Positions 52,580 to 64,000 of a stretch of 64,000 nucleotides of DNA are shown piece by piece (within the stretch, counting starts at the first letter, position 1; every line of letters begins with the position of its first letter). The position numbers were made by a program, and so were the translations under genes. Location: positions 868,001 to 932,000 of the forward strand of contig OZ287072.1 of the NCBI GenBank assembly GCA_965645245.1, in the 5' to 3' direction. Under the pieces are notes generated by a model. The model worked only from the letters and a program-made list of their open reading frames with translations, was not told where the DNA came from and did not search any database. Source of the stretch: Massalongia carnosa (taxonomy: Eukaryota).

Positions 52580-53519
52580 AGCGAGCCACGACTACTCGTG
52601 TCCGAACGGCCTTGGGCCGGCGGGGAAGGGACCGGGGGGGGGGGGTGGAAGATTTCTAGGTAAGTAGGTAGATGGGTATTTGGCGGTGGTGGGCAGGGTT
52701 TAGTTTTGCAAAGTTTGCGAGAGAAAAAAAAAGGGGGGGGGATCTATAGACCAAAAGTATCGCTGATGCAGCTATCGTATCATTCGGTTTTTACATACAT
52801 ACCCAGATACCTAGCCAGGAACGCACTTTTTCTTCCTTTTCTCCCGTCGATGGATGGATAACTAAGCTAGCGCGAGGAGGAACATACATGGTTGCTTACA
52901 TAGGTCGCGAAGGCTTTGGCTTAGCTTACGTATCTCTCTAGTTAGCATGATTGATTGATTGACTGACGGACGGACGGACGTTGAAATGAGAAGATCTCTC
53001 CGGCCCTGGAGGAGAGGGATGAGTGGGTTGTGCGAACGGGTTCGAGGTGCTGACAAGGTGACGATTGGAGCGACAGCTCGGTAGGTGGGCGGGCAGGAGA
53101 ATAAAAGAATATTGGCACGTTATAACATCCACCAAGCCAAGCGCCAACAAGAAGGTATCATGTAAGCTAAACAAAAACCTCTACGGGCAGGTGACACGAG
53201 TACAAAGAGGAAACTCCCCAGAAACAAAACAGCAGCTCCCCTAGACGTCACTTGTATTATGGGAGTCCCCCCCCTCTGCGTCTTTCTCCTTTCGCCAACA
53301 ACAAAATTAAACACCCACCGCCCAGCAGACATTCGGATCTCGTATCGTAGCAAGGGTATCAAGTTTGTAAAATCCGCCTCATTCTTTCACCGCTCCAACC
53401 GCACCAAGCCCTCCATTGCTTCAAGCCTGTAATTCGTCTTCGTCCCCTGACGATCCAATCGAAAGAAATATCATGGTGATGGTGATGGAGATAGATACCA
53501 CCCAGAGCGGATGACTGGA

Positions 53520-54018
53520 TTAGTTGGACACGCTCTTGGGTACTTTCACTCTGTAACTTGCGTGTTAGCAGGTTTCTTCTCGGTGTTTGTGGGGGGTGGG
53601 GGGTAATGGTTGGGCGAGGAAGGTATGGGTACCCAGTCTTCTTCTCGAAAAACTTGCGGAGGAAATCGGTGATCTTCTCGTTCATGGCGCGGTTTTTCTT
53701 CGGGTCTTTGAAGTATTTACCGCCATATTTCTGCTGAGCGGCTTCAAGTCCTGTAGGAAGAGCACGTTTAGCTGTGTTGGCTTGACGAACGCTGTAATAG
53801 ACCACAGGGAGCATGTCGAGAGCCAGAGAGCACGTGCATAAGGGGCAAGATCAGCAAAGAGGCTTACCCTTGTCGATCTGATCACGGTCGTCCTTTTCTG
53901 GAGCGGCTGGTGGGGGAGCGCCTGCTGGCGGTGGAGGAGCGCCGACTTGTGCCGGGGGTGGACCTTGGGTCTGAACAGGTGCAGCTGACGCTGCAGGTTG
54001 AATAGGTTGGTTCTCCAT
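53520..54018 (-). CDS. Small hydrophilic fungal protein (~100 aa), function unknown
   Basis: Three exons give MENQPIQP..(P/A-rich)..EKDDRDQIDKGLEAAQQKYGGKYFKDPKKNRAMNEKITDFLRKFFEKKTG.KVPKSVSN*. Canonical GTAAG/GTACC donors, CTAAC branch points and AG acceptors. It resembles a small ascomycete family with D..DKG...NEKITD...FEK.TG motifs (from memory). Confidence 0.75.
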
Positions 54019-55040
54019 TGTAGATAGGTTGAGTTCGATGAAGACAGGTATGTGCAAGTATCTACAGTTGGGTTGAATAGCGTGGATTGTAGGGGACAGA
54101 TGGTTCGAAGTTGAAGGAATATGTATTTGGTTCGAGAGGGGAAATGAGGTGGAGTTTAAGTAGAGTCAGGAGGAGGAGGATAGGGGCAGCATGCGAGACA
54201 CACATGAGAGCTTTTTCCTTTAGTGTGGATACACGCGAGTCAACGTGCGTTTTCTTTGACTGTTTGGGCGAGAGAGCTAGTTAAGGTTACGAGTACAAAG
54301 AGGGACCAGGGGCCCACAATCGAGATCCGATCATACGAGTCAGCGAGTCAGTCGCCTCAACCTCTAACCCTATGAAAGAGCTCAGCGCTAGACCTACGTA
54401 AGAATAGTGCCCGATTGGCATGGGAGAGCTAATCTCCGTGGATGGTTTCCGCGTACCGCGTACTGTGTACAGAGTACTCCGTACCGACGACAGTGTACGG
54501 TACTTTCATTTCGGTACGGTACGATCAAGGCCTTACGAACACACACAGAAACGCTACTGCTACAAAGGGTAGTTATCGGGGGTATGGTAGCGAGTGTCAC
54601 CTCGGACTGGCTGTGCATTGGTGATCTCGCTTTCAACGGCTCAGTGAACTCAGAGGGAATGACGGCCAGGAAAAGGAGACAACCACCATGCTCGCTTGGA
54701 GAATGCCTTGGAAGTGCTGACGCAACGTTTCAATGCATCGTTTGAGGCTTCCAATGCTTTACCCTTTGCTGGCCTCCGTTCTGGCTTATTGGGACTAGGA
54801 TCTTGCACCAGCGAATATTCTCAAACGGAGAGCCAAACGGAGCATGACGGAATGTTCCTCAACCCTGGGGCGCCAGGAATGTTTCGTGCTTGGTGTGATT
54901 GGCTGCCCGCTCTTGCGGAAGGAGTTCGGCAGGACGGATGTGGGAAAGCGAGCACACATGAACAAAGGACCCTCGATTGAAGGAAGCTTCCTGCTCTTGG
55001 TCAAGCGCTTACGTCGTGGTTAGCTGTGAGGGATATCATC

Positions 55041-55061
55041 ACTACTACTACTACTACTACT
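55041..55061. repeat. (ACT)7 microsatellite
   Basis: Directly visible. Confidence 0.9.
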
Positions 55062-56549
55062 CTTGCGATTAGGGGAACTACTTGAGCTTGGAAAAAGCCC
55101 TGGCTTGTTTGACTATCTTTTCGTCCTATCACTTAACATGGTTGTTGGACATCGATACATTCCGGCCAACTAGTTGGGCCCATTAATGGATTTAACGTAT
55201 CTATAGTATGTCCAGAAGATTGAAAGATCCCATACAGCACCAGTTTTACGTCTGAGTTTGAATGGCGGGTTGATACCTCTTGGCAGAACTTGCCTCTGCC
55301 AGGCAGGCAAGGTGAGCAGAAGAAAAGCAATTCGATGGGACGCTTAAGTTGGGTACTCGCTGCCTCAAGTTAATCGATAAGGTTCGTGCTGATGCGCAAC
55401 TTGAAATTCTAGAAGCCGTCAGACGGGTTGTGGACCACGGGATATTAGACGCAATCGGGAGGAAGCGAGATCAGTCGAAATAACTTCAGGGTTAGCTTTT
55501 GTGTATCAGGACCACACAAGTTTCACATTACCCTTGAAGTTAAGATATCTATCCTCCTGCAACAAATAGCACTAGTTAAGGGATTCTTACGTGCTACGCA
55601 TTGCCACCTGTTGTACTTGTTGCCGAATTTCGACATTTTCTTAGACGTTCATTATCGTTTTAGATGCCATTCTATGAACATTGTGGGCAATAAGGAACAA
55701 GTTTCTGATTTCCCTTGAGCCCCATCCCCCCCAAATTCTATCGTTAATACTTTATTCTTGAATATGTTTGTCATTTATTGTCAAGTCTTGAAAGGGGAAA
55801 GTATATAACGGTCAAACTACATCCTTCGTTTTTGGTCTACTATGCTCATTCTAATATTCGGTGCCTCAAATAAAAAGATAGATATTCACGGTTCTCGACA
55901 TCCGCTAGGCTTGAGATCATTCTTACAAATCCGACTGATAACCTCGTTTTGTCTTAAGTGAATAGAACCTTGCTTCGTACAACTCGTGTTCCTCCGATCA
56001 CTTAATGGTGGCCATCGGAGTATCCCAAGCTTTGTTGCAAGCGGCGTCAGCTTGTGAATATCACATAGATTCCTTTAAGCTTCAAGCGATTGAAAAATCC
56101 GAGAGCTGAGTATGAGCTCGAGAAGAATCCTTTTGGCTGAGATAGAACCTACATGTGCTCGAGAAACGCTGCTTCTGTTATAGCATAAACTGTGCATGAC
56201 AGCGGGATAGCTTCTTTCAATGGAAGAGGATATACCACTAACACATAACGGGAGATAGTAGACGCCTACGGGGCAACCGATCATATTTCTCCCATTTGTT
56301 CCGCCAAGACTGTGTTCCTTCCCATTCATCGAAAAAGGGGCACAGATCCACAGCGCGTGTAATTTACAACTAGCTTAACTAACGTGAGTTACTCTATACT
56401 CGGTAGTTGACTAGCACAATATTTACCGCGCGGATACTGTCTCCCATCCCATCAGCCAAACTATCCTGACAAGTTTAGTTGTAAAGCTCCTCCGAAAATG
56501 CGTAGCTAACCAAACTTTTAACTCTTCCAACTCCAACCAAATTCCCATC

Positions 56550-57568
56550 ATGTCAGCTTCAGCCTCGCATCTGCGATCTATCCTATCGCAATTAAACTCC
56601 TCCCCCCCGCCTCCCCCCGAGAAAATCACATCCCTTCTCTCAAACGCCAAACGCACTCTCCTCACCCTCAACGCCCTCCTCCCCACCCCAACCACTTCTC
56701 CTCACCTCCTCACTCTTGCGCGCCAAGTGCTCGAAACTGGCGCGCTACTATCTATCCGCCTGCACCAACCCGACGCTTTCACGCGCTACTTCCAGCAACT
56801 GCTGCCTTTCTACGAGCTCCCAGCCTCGAGTTTCCGCAGTCACGAAAATGGCAGGGGCGAAGACGTGGAAATCGACAACGACGGTAATCATGGAGACAGG
56901 GAGGGTGGCGGCCAGCGGAGTAAGATTACGGGGTTATATTTGCTCCTGCTGCTGACGAAGGGGGATTATGCCGAATTTCACACCGTGCTGGAAGGTCTGG
57001 AGGTGGAGGGGTCGGTGGGCGCGGAGGAGGACCCTTACGTGCAGTATCCCGTCAAGTTGGAGCGGTGGCTCATGGAAGGGAGTTATGACCGGGTCTGGGC
57101 AGCGACAAAACGGGAAGGGGTGCCGAGCGAGGAATTCGGCGTATTCAGCGAGGTTGGCGGCTCCCTCCTCTCTCGGTTTCTTTCAAAGCCCCAGAACCAT
57201 CCATCCCCTCTCTCCATCCGCGTTCTCTCTCTCTCTCCCCCTCATCCAGCCGCTAAACTATAAACACCCACCAGGTCCTAATCGTCACCATCCGCGCCGA
57301 AATCGCTTCCTGCTCCGAAAAAGCCTACCCTTTCCTCCCTGTCGCCAGCGCGAAAAACCTCCTTTTCCTCGAAAGCGAAGGCGCCGTGGCCGGGTTCGCC
57401 CGCTCGCGCGGCTGGGCCTTGCGCGACGGCCGGATCTATTTCCCGCAGGGGGCGCAGCGGGGAGACGGGGAGGCGGGTGGGGGGGAGAAGGAGATGTTAC
57501 TGGTGGAGAGCGGAACGGTGATTGAGAATGCGATTGGCTATGCGAGGGAGTTGGAGACGATTGTTTGA
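56550..57568 (+). CDS. RPN12: 26S proteasome lid subunit Rpn12
   Basis: ARQVLETGAL.SI..FTRYFQQL.PFY, ITGLYLLLLLT, PVKLERWLMEGSYD, TIRAEIASCSEKAY and IGYARELETIV*. Intron 57153-57274. Confidence 0.95.
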
Positions 57569-57724
57569 CTTGGGGTGGGGAGTGCGGGGAGGAAGATGAC
57601 GAGAGTGGCGAGGAAGAGCAATAGGGCTCGGAAAGAGGGAGAGATTGTGCCCGGAGGGGGAGGGGCTTGTGTGTAAAGCGAAGGGTCAAAAAAGGTGCCT
57701 ACGCCTGAACCCGATACCTAGATA

Positions 57725-58400
57725 GACAATCCATCCATCCATCCATCTATCTATCCTACTACCGCCCCCCCCCCCCCCCCCCCTTTTTCCCCCAAGTCGT
57801 CCATATCCCGATCTGAACAGCAACCTCTCCCTCCTCTCTTCCGCTCCAATAACTATCTACCAAACACATCCATCTATTATGAGAGAGAGAGAGAGAGAGA
57901 GAGAGGAGGGCACCCAGCTAACTAACTAACCAATTAAACCTAGTAGTTGGATTATTGTTTTTTTAACTCTCTGCTTGGATTCTATCTACTACTTATCTAG
58001 CTATATATATATAATATGTATATAAATAAATAAATAACCCTGACTGGGTTGTGTTTTTTTTTTCTCGTGCTTGCTTGCTTTTCTTCCTTTTATATATAAT
58101 ATAGTGTATCATAAATAGCATATTTTACTATTCATCTATATTCTCCGTGCATCCCCGTTCATACATTGATTCATTCATACACACGTATTCTATATACATA
58201 CATACATACATACAATACACATCTACTACCTTTTACCCCCCATCCCCCCGGGAAAAAAAAAACCCAAAACAAACAAAATAGACACACAACCGGTAAACGA
58301 GCGAAGAAACCAGCTCAAGATTGAGCTAAAGTGTGTAGGCCGATTGCTCTGATTTTGGGGGGGGGGGTTATGGGGAAAGAAAATAAAAGAAAAAAAGGGG
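57725..58400. repeat. Low-complexity/microsatellite cluster
   Basis: (TCCA)n, a ~20-nt poly-C, (GA)12 at 57881-57904, (CTAA)n, (TA)n, (TACA)n, and poly-G/poly-A/poly-T runs. Confidence 0.9.
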
Positions 58401-58859
58401 GTTCACGACGATGTAATTGGATTGGACGAGAGGGAAGACTCATAAAATTTTAAGCAGTTGATTGAACATCAGATGGATTTTTTATTGGAGGCGGAAAAAA
58501 TTATGCTAGCTGATAAGGCGTACGGAGCTATCCTAATGCTTGTCTCCAAGGGTTGAAGAAGGTAGACCGCAACCGGCCCAACGAAAACAAAGCCTCCTAG
58601 AAAGAATGCCAATTGAGGTTAAATGGAAAAAGAGGTGTGAGAAGCTAGGTAAGGTTAGGGAACCGTAGAAAACAAATGCTCGTAGGGCACCGATGTCACT
58701 TCCGTCGGTTGAGTATGCTTTGAAGTCCTCGCTGGACACATAGGGCGAGATCCTAGGGAGGTGAAAATCAATCCTGAACGTTGTTGTTCTACTGTCCTTG
58801 AGCTCGTTAGAGTTACATGGAAGAAAAGGAAGCTTAGCAGCTTCGATTTTGACCCTCTA

Positions 58860-60584
58860 GTTCTGCTAGCCTTGCCCCTCTAGCAGTTCTATTCTCCGTT
58901 TACATTAGCCTCATATCCTATTCTAAAATGGAATTGGAATTTAGGGTACGGCTTGCAGAGGCCTCGTTCACTAGACTTACCCTATTCTATCATGTAGGAG
59001 ACTGTCGTGTATGCGCCGCTCGCGCTTTTGCGCCAAACGTAGCTGATCAGGTCCTCCCTCTGTCCTTGTACGTTGGTGCCCACAGAATATTTTCTAGGCG
59101 GGGTGTCCCGTACGATGACGGTCATTAGCAAAAGTTGTTGACTCCATTTCAATAGGCATCCCATAGCCACCGCTGCAGGACTGTAATTGCAATAAGCTTT
59201 TGACTTAGGGTGGAAACGTATAATGGGAAAGACCCTACTCTAAGACTGTCAAAATAGGAGCAACTTGTGTTATGGTATCGCGGAGGTAGGGCATGCGAGA
59301 ACCTCCACCAGCAATTACAAAACGAGCCTTGTTATACGTTGTTAGCAAACTCATTCTGTCAAGCGTGACGGAGATGAGGCAATTCACCAATGGGTACGGA
59401 GCGAGCTCTAGTATCTGCAATATGTGCCCTCTCAATCCGCTTACGTCAACAATGGTATTGAATTCACCCCTATAGATGCACTGTTAACATGCGTGGATCT
59501 TTCAGTAGCAGAGAAATGGCACTGACAAAGTCATTTTGCCGTAGCGGATTTGCGCTTCGGGGATGGAAACTTCAGAACGGCACCCCGGAATGGTAAGACT
59601 GAGATCGGCGTTTTTATCTTCAGGGCCACGGTATCTGCCTTGTATGCCCTGTATTCGGAACTTCTGCTCATCTGGGTGGCCAAGCCTGAGGGGTTGGGTA
59701 TCCGTGCGGTACACAAACGACCGTAAATATCCAAATGAAAAGCTCGATCAATGTCCATGCACCCTTTAGAAATTCCTCGGAAGGGATTCTCACGTTTCAA
59801 GGCTAAGCAGATATGATGGCCGTAAATATTTTGGACTTGGAAGAAACAAAGGTCAGACGTTGCGCCGCCAATGTCCAATACTAGAAACCTATCACCATGC
59901 TTGAAAGGAATCACTTGACTGTGGAGAACCAAGCTTGCCAATGCTTCTGGTTCTGTGATGTTGGCTTTGATGGTCTTTATAGAAACATTATAGACCCTGG
60001 CCTCGGAACTTTGTCGGGTTTGGGAAATAGCTTGTTCAGCGATGTTGCTAAATCTAGTTAGGGTCTGCGTGTTCCATGTTGTTGGCGTGGTCAGAACGCA
60101 ATGCATCACTAACTGAATCTCATTATTAGACCCCTTGCTCAGATCATTTCCAATAAAGGCCATAGCATATCCGATCAGAGCTCGAATGTAGAGCAAGGAC
60201 CACCGGTCCACGTTTCTTTGGTTTTGCGGACTCTTTGCATCGTATGATACTTGTTCAACCGCATTGAACATGGTGTCGTCTAGGAGAATTTTAAACAATT
60301 CCCTTTTCTGATCATCATCATTCTCACAACTGAAGCCCCACGCTCTCAATTCCTGATGATGGTCAACAGAGATTTTGGTAGGGATTTTCCTCCCCCTATC
60401 TGCCTGGCTATTCACTGATTATATCGATTTTCTCTGGTTTTTCTCTTATATCCACGCGACAGCTGGAAAGCTTTAGTCAGTGAACCCAACCAAGACAAAC
60501 TCAGACCGCAAAGCTTCTCCGCTCACCTGAACCTGTCATGCCAAAATCTATCGCAATACCAACTTCGTAAGTTTTGGGCGCCAT
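58860..60584 (-). pseudogene. Divergent Hsp70-like (HSPA12-type actin-fold ATPase) pseudogene
   Basis: MAPKTYEVGIAIDFGMTGS|AVAW (phosphate-1), IISE*PG, KIPTKI..WGF, ELFKILLD, LTTPTTW, ITEPEA, FLVLDIGGATSD (phosphate-2), VIAGGGSRMPYL and AVAMG. In-frame stops and frameshifts occur near 60450-60390 and ~59630. The 3' end is approximate. Confidence 0.8.
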
Positions 60585-61828
60585 GTATGAAACCTAGGCA
60601 AGATGATTTCTCTATCCCGCAAACAAAGATCGAGTCCAGGTGTCAAGGTCGATACGACGTCGTTGTCAGGATGAGATAGAAGATGATTTGATTGAGATGC
60701 TGTGGCCTATGGGTGTATACCCCTACGCTTTCTATGTTCCGTACCGCTTATTTTTATCTTCGGCTTTACAGCTGACAGGAGGTGAAGGTTTATGTAAAAT
60801 ACCAAACAGGTTTCCCTTTTGGTTTCTAAACGTGGATTTTATGTCTCGACCCTTCCCGTTGAATGAATCACATAACTAGTTCCAGGTTGCCGACAGGACT
60901 TTGCAAACTTCACATAATGTATTCGGCGGTATGGAGCGGAACTCTGCAGCCTGCATCTCTTTGTCACGATGCGATTTTGGTCGTCTGATACGCCTTCATG
61001 AGCCGGAGTCTTGCTTTTTTAGCATGCAAATCCGATGGCACACTTTGTTTCTTATTCCTAAAGCATAGTGTAAAGCCTATGGGCTGGCATAGAGCATGGA
61101 AGAGAGCGCTCCATCAATTCTGATAAAAAGAGGCCTGAGTTCTTCATGGGGAGGTGAACAGAACCTAGAGTAAGCAAGTTAACATTTTAGGTAAAGTTTG
61201 GGGCAGCCACCTCACAGTCTCGGTTCGCCACACTAATTTATTGCCAATAACGCAGCAATGTTTCGGAAGCTGGAATCATACCAATGGCTGAGGTTCTGTA
61301 GGTCTCCCTCAGTCGATACTTCATTTTCACCATCTGTTTCACACTCTGTTCAGGGACTTTCATGAGCTTGCTGTGCGGTCTTCTGTGTTCCAGCAAAAAG
61401 CATGTACAAGTTGATCGTGACAACAACTGAATCCTATCACGTCACATCGGTTTGTCTTGTTATCCACGAACACTATTTCCATGCTCGCTTGGAAACATGT
61501 TGTCGCTGTCGTCCAAATGCGGTGGGTGAGGGAATCGCGGAAAGCGGAATGAACGGAATAACCAACGGAGGGATGAAAAAATAAGAGTCTTTGCTCTTGC
61601 TGTGTTCGGATACAAACATTAGGCGCCTGTGCCTTATTGCATGCACCCTCCACCAAACCGTGTTGGTTGCGGTCAACAGAAATGTGGTGGCTTTGATTAA
61701 GACAACAAATAGCATCCGCATTCCTGATGCTTGTGCGTATGCATGTTAATATATAGCGGCCGTTGCTATCTCTCTCTTTCTCCAACCTCAGTGTTCCTGT
61801 TCATTTGTCAGAATAATCAATCTTCACT

Positions 61829-63196
61829 ATGTCCAAAAGAGAAGTCCGGCTTCCAGGATCTCCTCGGTCTACCAAATCTCGACGATGTCGCCGAGCCCAG
61901 GAACCTCAGTCATTCACGGAAATTTCTTCCAAAGATCCTCCAACCAGACCACCAGTGGGTCCACTGAAGACTCTTCCAAAGATCACGTCGCGGAACCCTT
62001 CGTGAAGCCCTCCACGGATCTCTCCAAAGATCCTGCGGATCCCTCCGAAGCTGTAGAGTCCTCCTTATTCCCTTGCGTAGTATTATTCAAGGAATTGTCT
62101 GAGCATATCAAAGCGGATCCCTTCAAACCATTTCCTACAGATTCCTCTAACGATCCCATTGTGGATCCTTCTCCGTATATATTCCAACCACTCGGCTCGG
62201 TCGACTGGTTGGGCCCTAAATACGGTTTATCGATGACAGATGAGAATATGTCAGGGCTATACATTCCACAGATGCAGCCCCTAAAAAGAGAGGCTTACCC
62301 CGATGTGGATAGCCTTATACGTCTGGTAGAGTGCTATAGAGACGAAGTCATAATTTTCGCCCAATCAATGCCCGATGCGGACATTAAGAATATCATAGAT
62401 GCTACCGAAATCGATAGACTTCAACGGGTTTTTAACGAATTTGGCCAAAGGGAGGACCCACAGGTTCCGCCAATCCTCATTGCAGAACGCCTTAAGACAG
62501 TAGCGTGGCGAGCTTCTGTTCTCCAGCACATCATTCATTGGGCAAATCTCAGTAATATTGTGGTAGACGGAGACATCAATCAAACATTATTGCCCTCTCG
62601 AGTCGTTGCCTTGTATCGTGATCTTGATCGTCATAGTAAATTCTCTACTACTAGGCGATTAGCCGGAAACAAAGTATTAGCTAATAAATGGGCGTGCAGG
62701 CGATGAGACACATCGAATATTATTCAATCGATGGATTGAGATAACGTTTGGCCTATTAACGAGGGGTATGGTGTTTTCCGAGCCTCCCAAGAAGTTGCCT
62801 AGCGCATGGATCGTATCAGGTTGGTCATCATTGAGCTTCTGGGGCCCTACTTCCTGAACAACTCGCCCATCCAACCCTTTTCCGAAGGGCTGGAGGACAT
62901 TCTTCGCAAAGCTGTAGCTGTTGGATACCATCTCATTGGCACTACGGAGCCATATCGATGGGATTGGAATTAGCTCAAACAGGAGTCTAAAGACTTGGGG
63001 AGTACCACGCTCGGAAAAACTCCCCGAGGCGGAGGAGGTACCACCAGGAATTTGGATCACGGCTCCAGCACTTGTGAAAGAATTTGATTGGGAAGGGCGA
63101 CAACTTCGGGACGAGATTACCTGCATGGTAGCCCGGCAGGTGAAACTGGATCCGAAATATTTCTATGATCACGCTCACCATCGCCACCTCTGGTAA
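61829..63196 (+). pseudogene. Uncharacterised protein gene divergent from the Hsp70-like gene, apparently disrupted
   Basis: ORF 61885-62706 plus an intron (GTAAAT..GCTAAT..CAG, ~62637-62699). Exon 2 must change frame to continue (IIELLGPYF..LEDILRKAVAVGYHL..YRWDWN*), contains a TAG, then shifts again to GIWITAPALVKEFDWEGRQL. Confidence 0.6.
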
Positions 63197-64000
63197 TTAC
63201 TGCAAATCCGTAATCTATATGTAACAAGTGAGTATTCAGCGTATTTGGGGTTGCAGAATGTATAGGGTTGAGAGGTTTTTGCAAAGTTGTGGTGGAAGAC
63301 ATGTAGGATATCTAAGGTCTCCTTTGCATGCGGGTTTCAGCATCGCGTTCGCGGAGTGAGTTTCATCAGTAAACTATTAATGTTAGCGAGATGGCCGATG
63401 AATGGTGGTGGACGTAGCAATTCGAAACTTCACCATGTTTCCAAGACAGTTTGCCTTCACCATCCCTCGGGCGCAATCTTTCTGATCTCTTCAATAGCAG
63501 AAATTTCCGCAGAGCCTTTACCAAAGCGACTCGTCATCTTTCAATTAGTGGAAGATGCCGAATGAGAGCTAGTGGCAGATGAGTTCGGGAGGGATAATGG
63601 TAAATGGGCGATGACGGTGGTCTTCTTGGGGGGTTCTCATATTTGTACATTACAAAGCGGCTCCGAAAGTGGAAAGTAGAAATAGAAAGGTAGGAATAAT
63701 AGATTAAAAGATCTTTTCCAGATAAATAAATTGGAAGGAGAGAGAGAGAGATCAATATCAGTGACTATGTATCTGGTTGCTGTCGTTGGCGTCCCCGCTC
63801 AATTGATCTGATTTCGTGATACAACTAAGTTAGCTTCGATACTTCTCCAATAAACTACTTACTACTTAGGAGTGCTAGACCCCGTCTACTTACTCTGCAC
63901 ACTTCATATCAAGAAGAACAAATATGCAGTCTTGTGAAGCAGCCGAAGACAATATAGTTGCCATCAAATCAGCCGCAAGCACGCTACTAGACCTCCCTCC

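Noticed and set aside
60408..60410. TAG at the conserved WPG Trp of the Hsp70-like gene as a site of restorative A-to-I editing
   Set aside because: The gene also has frameshifts and TAA stops that single-site editing could not repair.
58500..64000. Right-hand region as part of a Starship or other giant element
   Set aside because: No tyrosine recombinase captain or boundary repeats are visible in this window.
1..64000. Numerous short antisense or overlapping ORFs in the six-frame track; CRISPR arrays; rRNA
   Set aside because: The ORFs are shadows of real genes with no recognisable motifs. No spaced repeat arrays or rRNA-like sequence were seen.

Overview
Gene-dense, intron-containing nuclear DNA from a filamentous ascomycete (Pezizomycotina; the exact lineage cannot be fixed from sequence alone). 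It holds about 20 intact genes: a GBP2/HRB1-like SR-RRM protein (cut by the left edge), COQ9, MTF2-like, CMR1, a DIM-2-type DNA methyltransferase, an F-box-like protein, VAC14, a VOC/glyoxalase-domain protein, NEP1/EMG1, a CorA-like protein, TAF12, UDP-glucose 6-dehydrogenase, SPC34, RPN3, AVO2-like, COQ1, VMA12, DAL1, a REB1-like Myb protein, a small stress-type protein and RPN12. Non-genic and decayed elements are a hypermutated Tc1/mariner relic (~5.4-6.1 kb), a 245-bp MITE with 34-bp terminal inverted repeats (29.47-29.71 kb), microsatellites, and, at the right end, a divergent pair of co-decayed genes (an HSPA12-like Hsp70 and an uncharacterised partner). The most interesting observations are: (1) a CpC->TpC, rather than CpA->TpA, RIP-like signature in the transposon relic; (2) the Hsp70-like/partner module; (3) a possible autoregulatory poison acceptor with a GGUG cluster in the GBP2-like gene; (4) an intergenic TAC[A/G]GAGTA motif seen nine times; (5) C-to-G skew flips inside genes facing convergent intergenic regions. 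All identifications come from reading motifs by eye; no searches were run.
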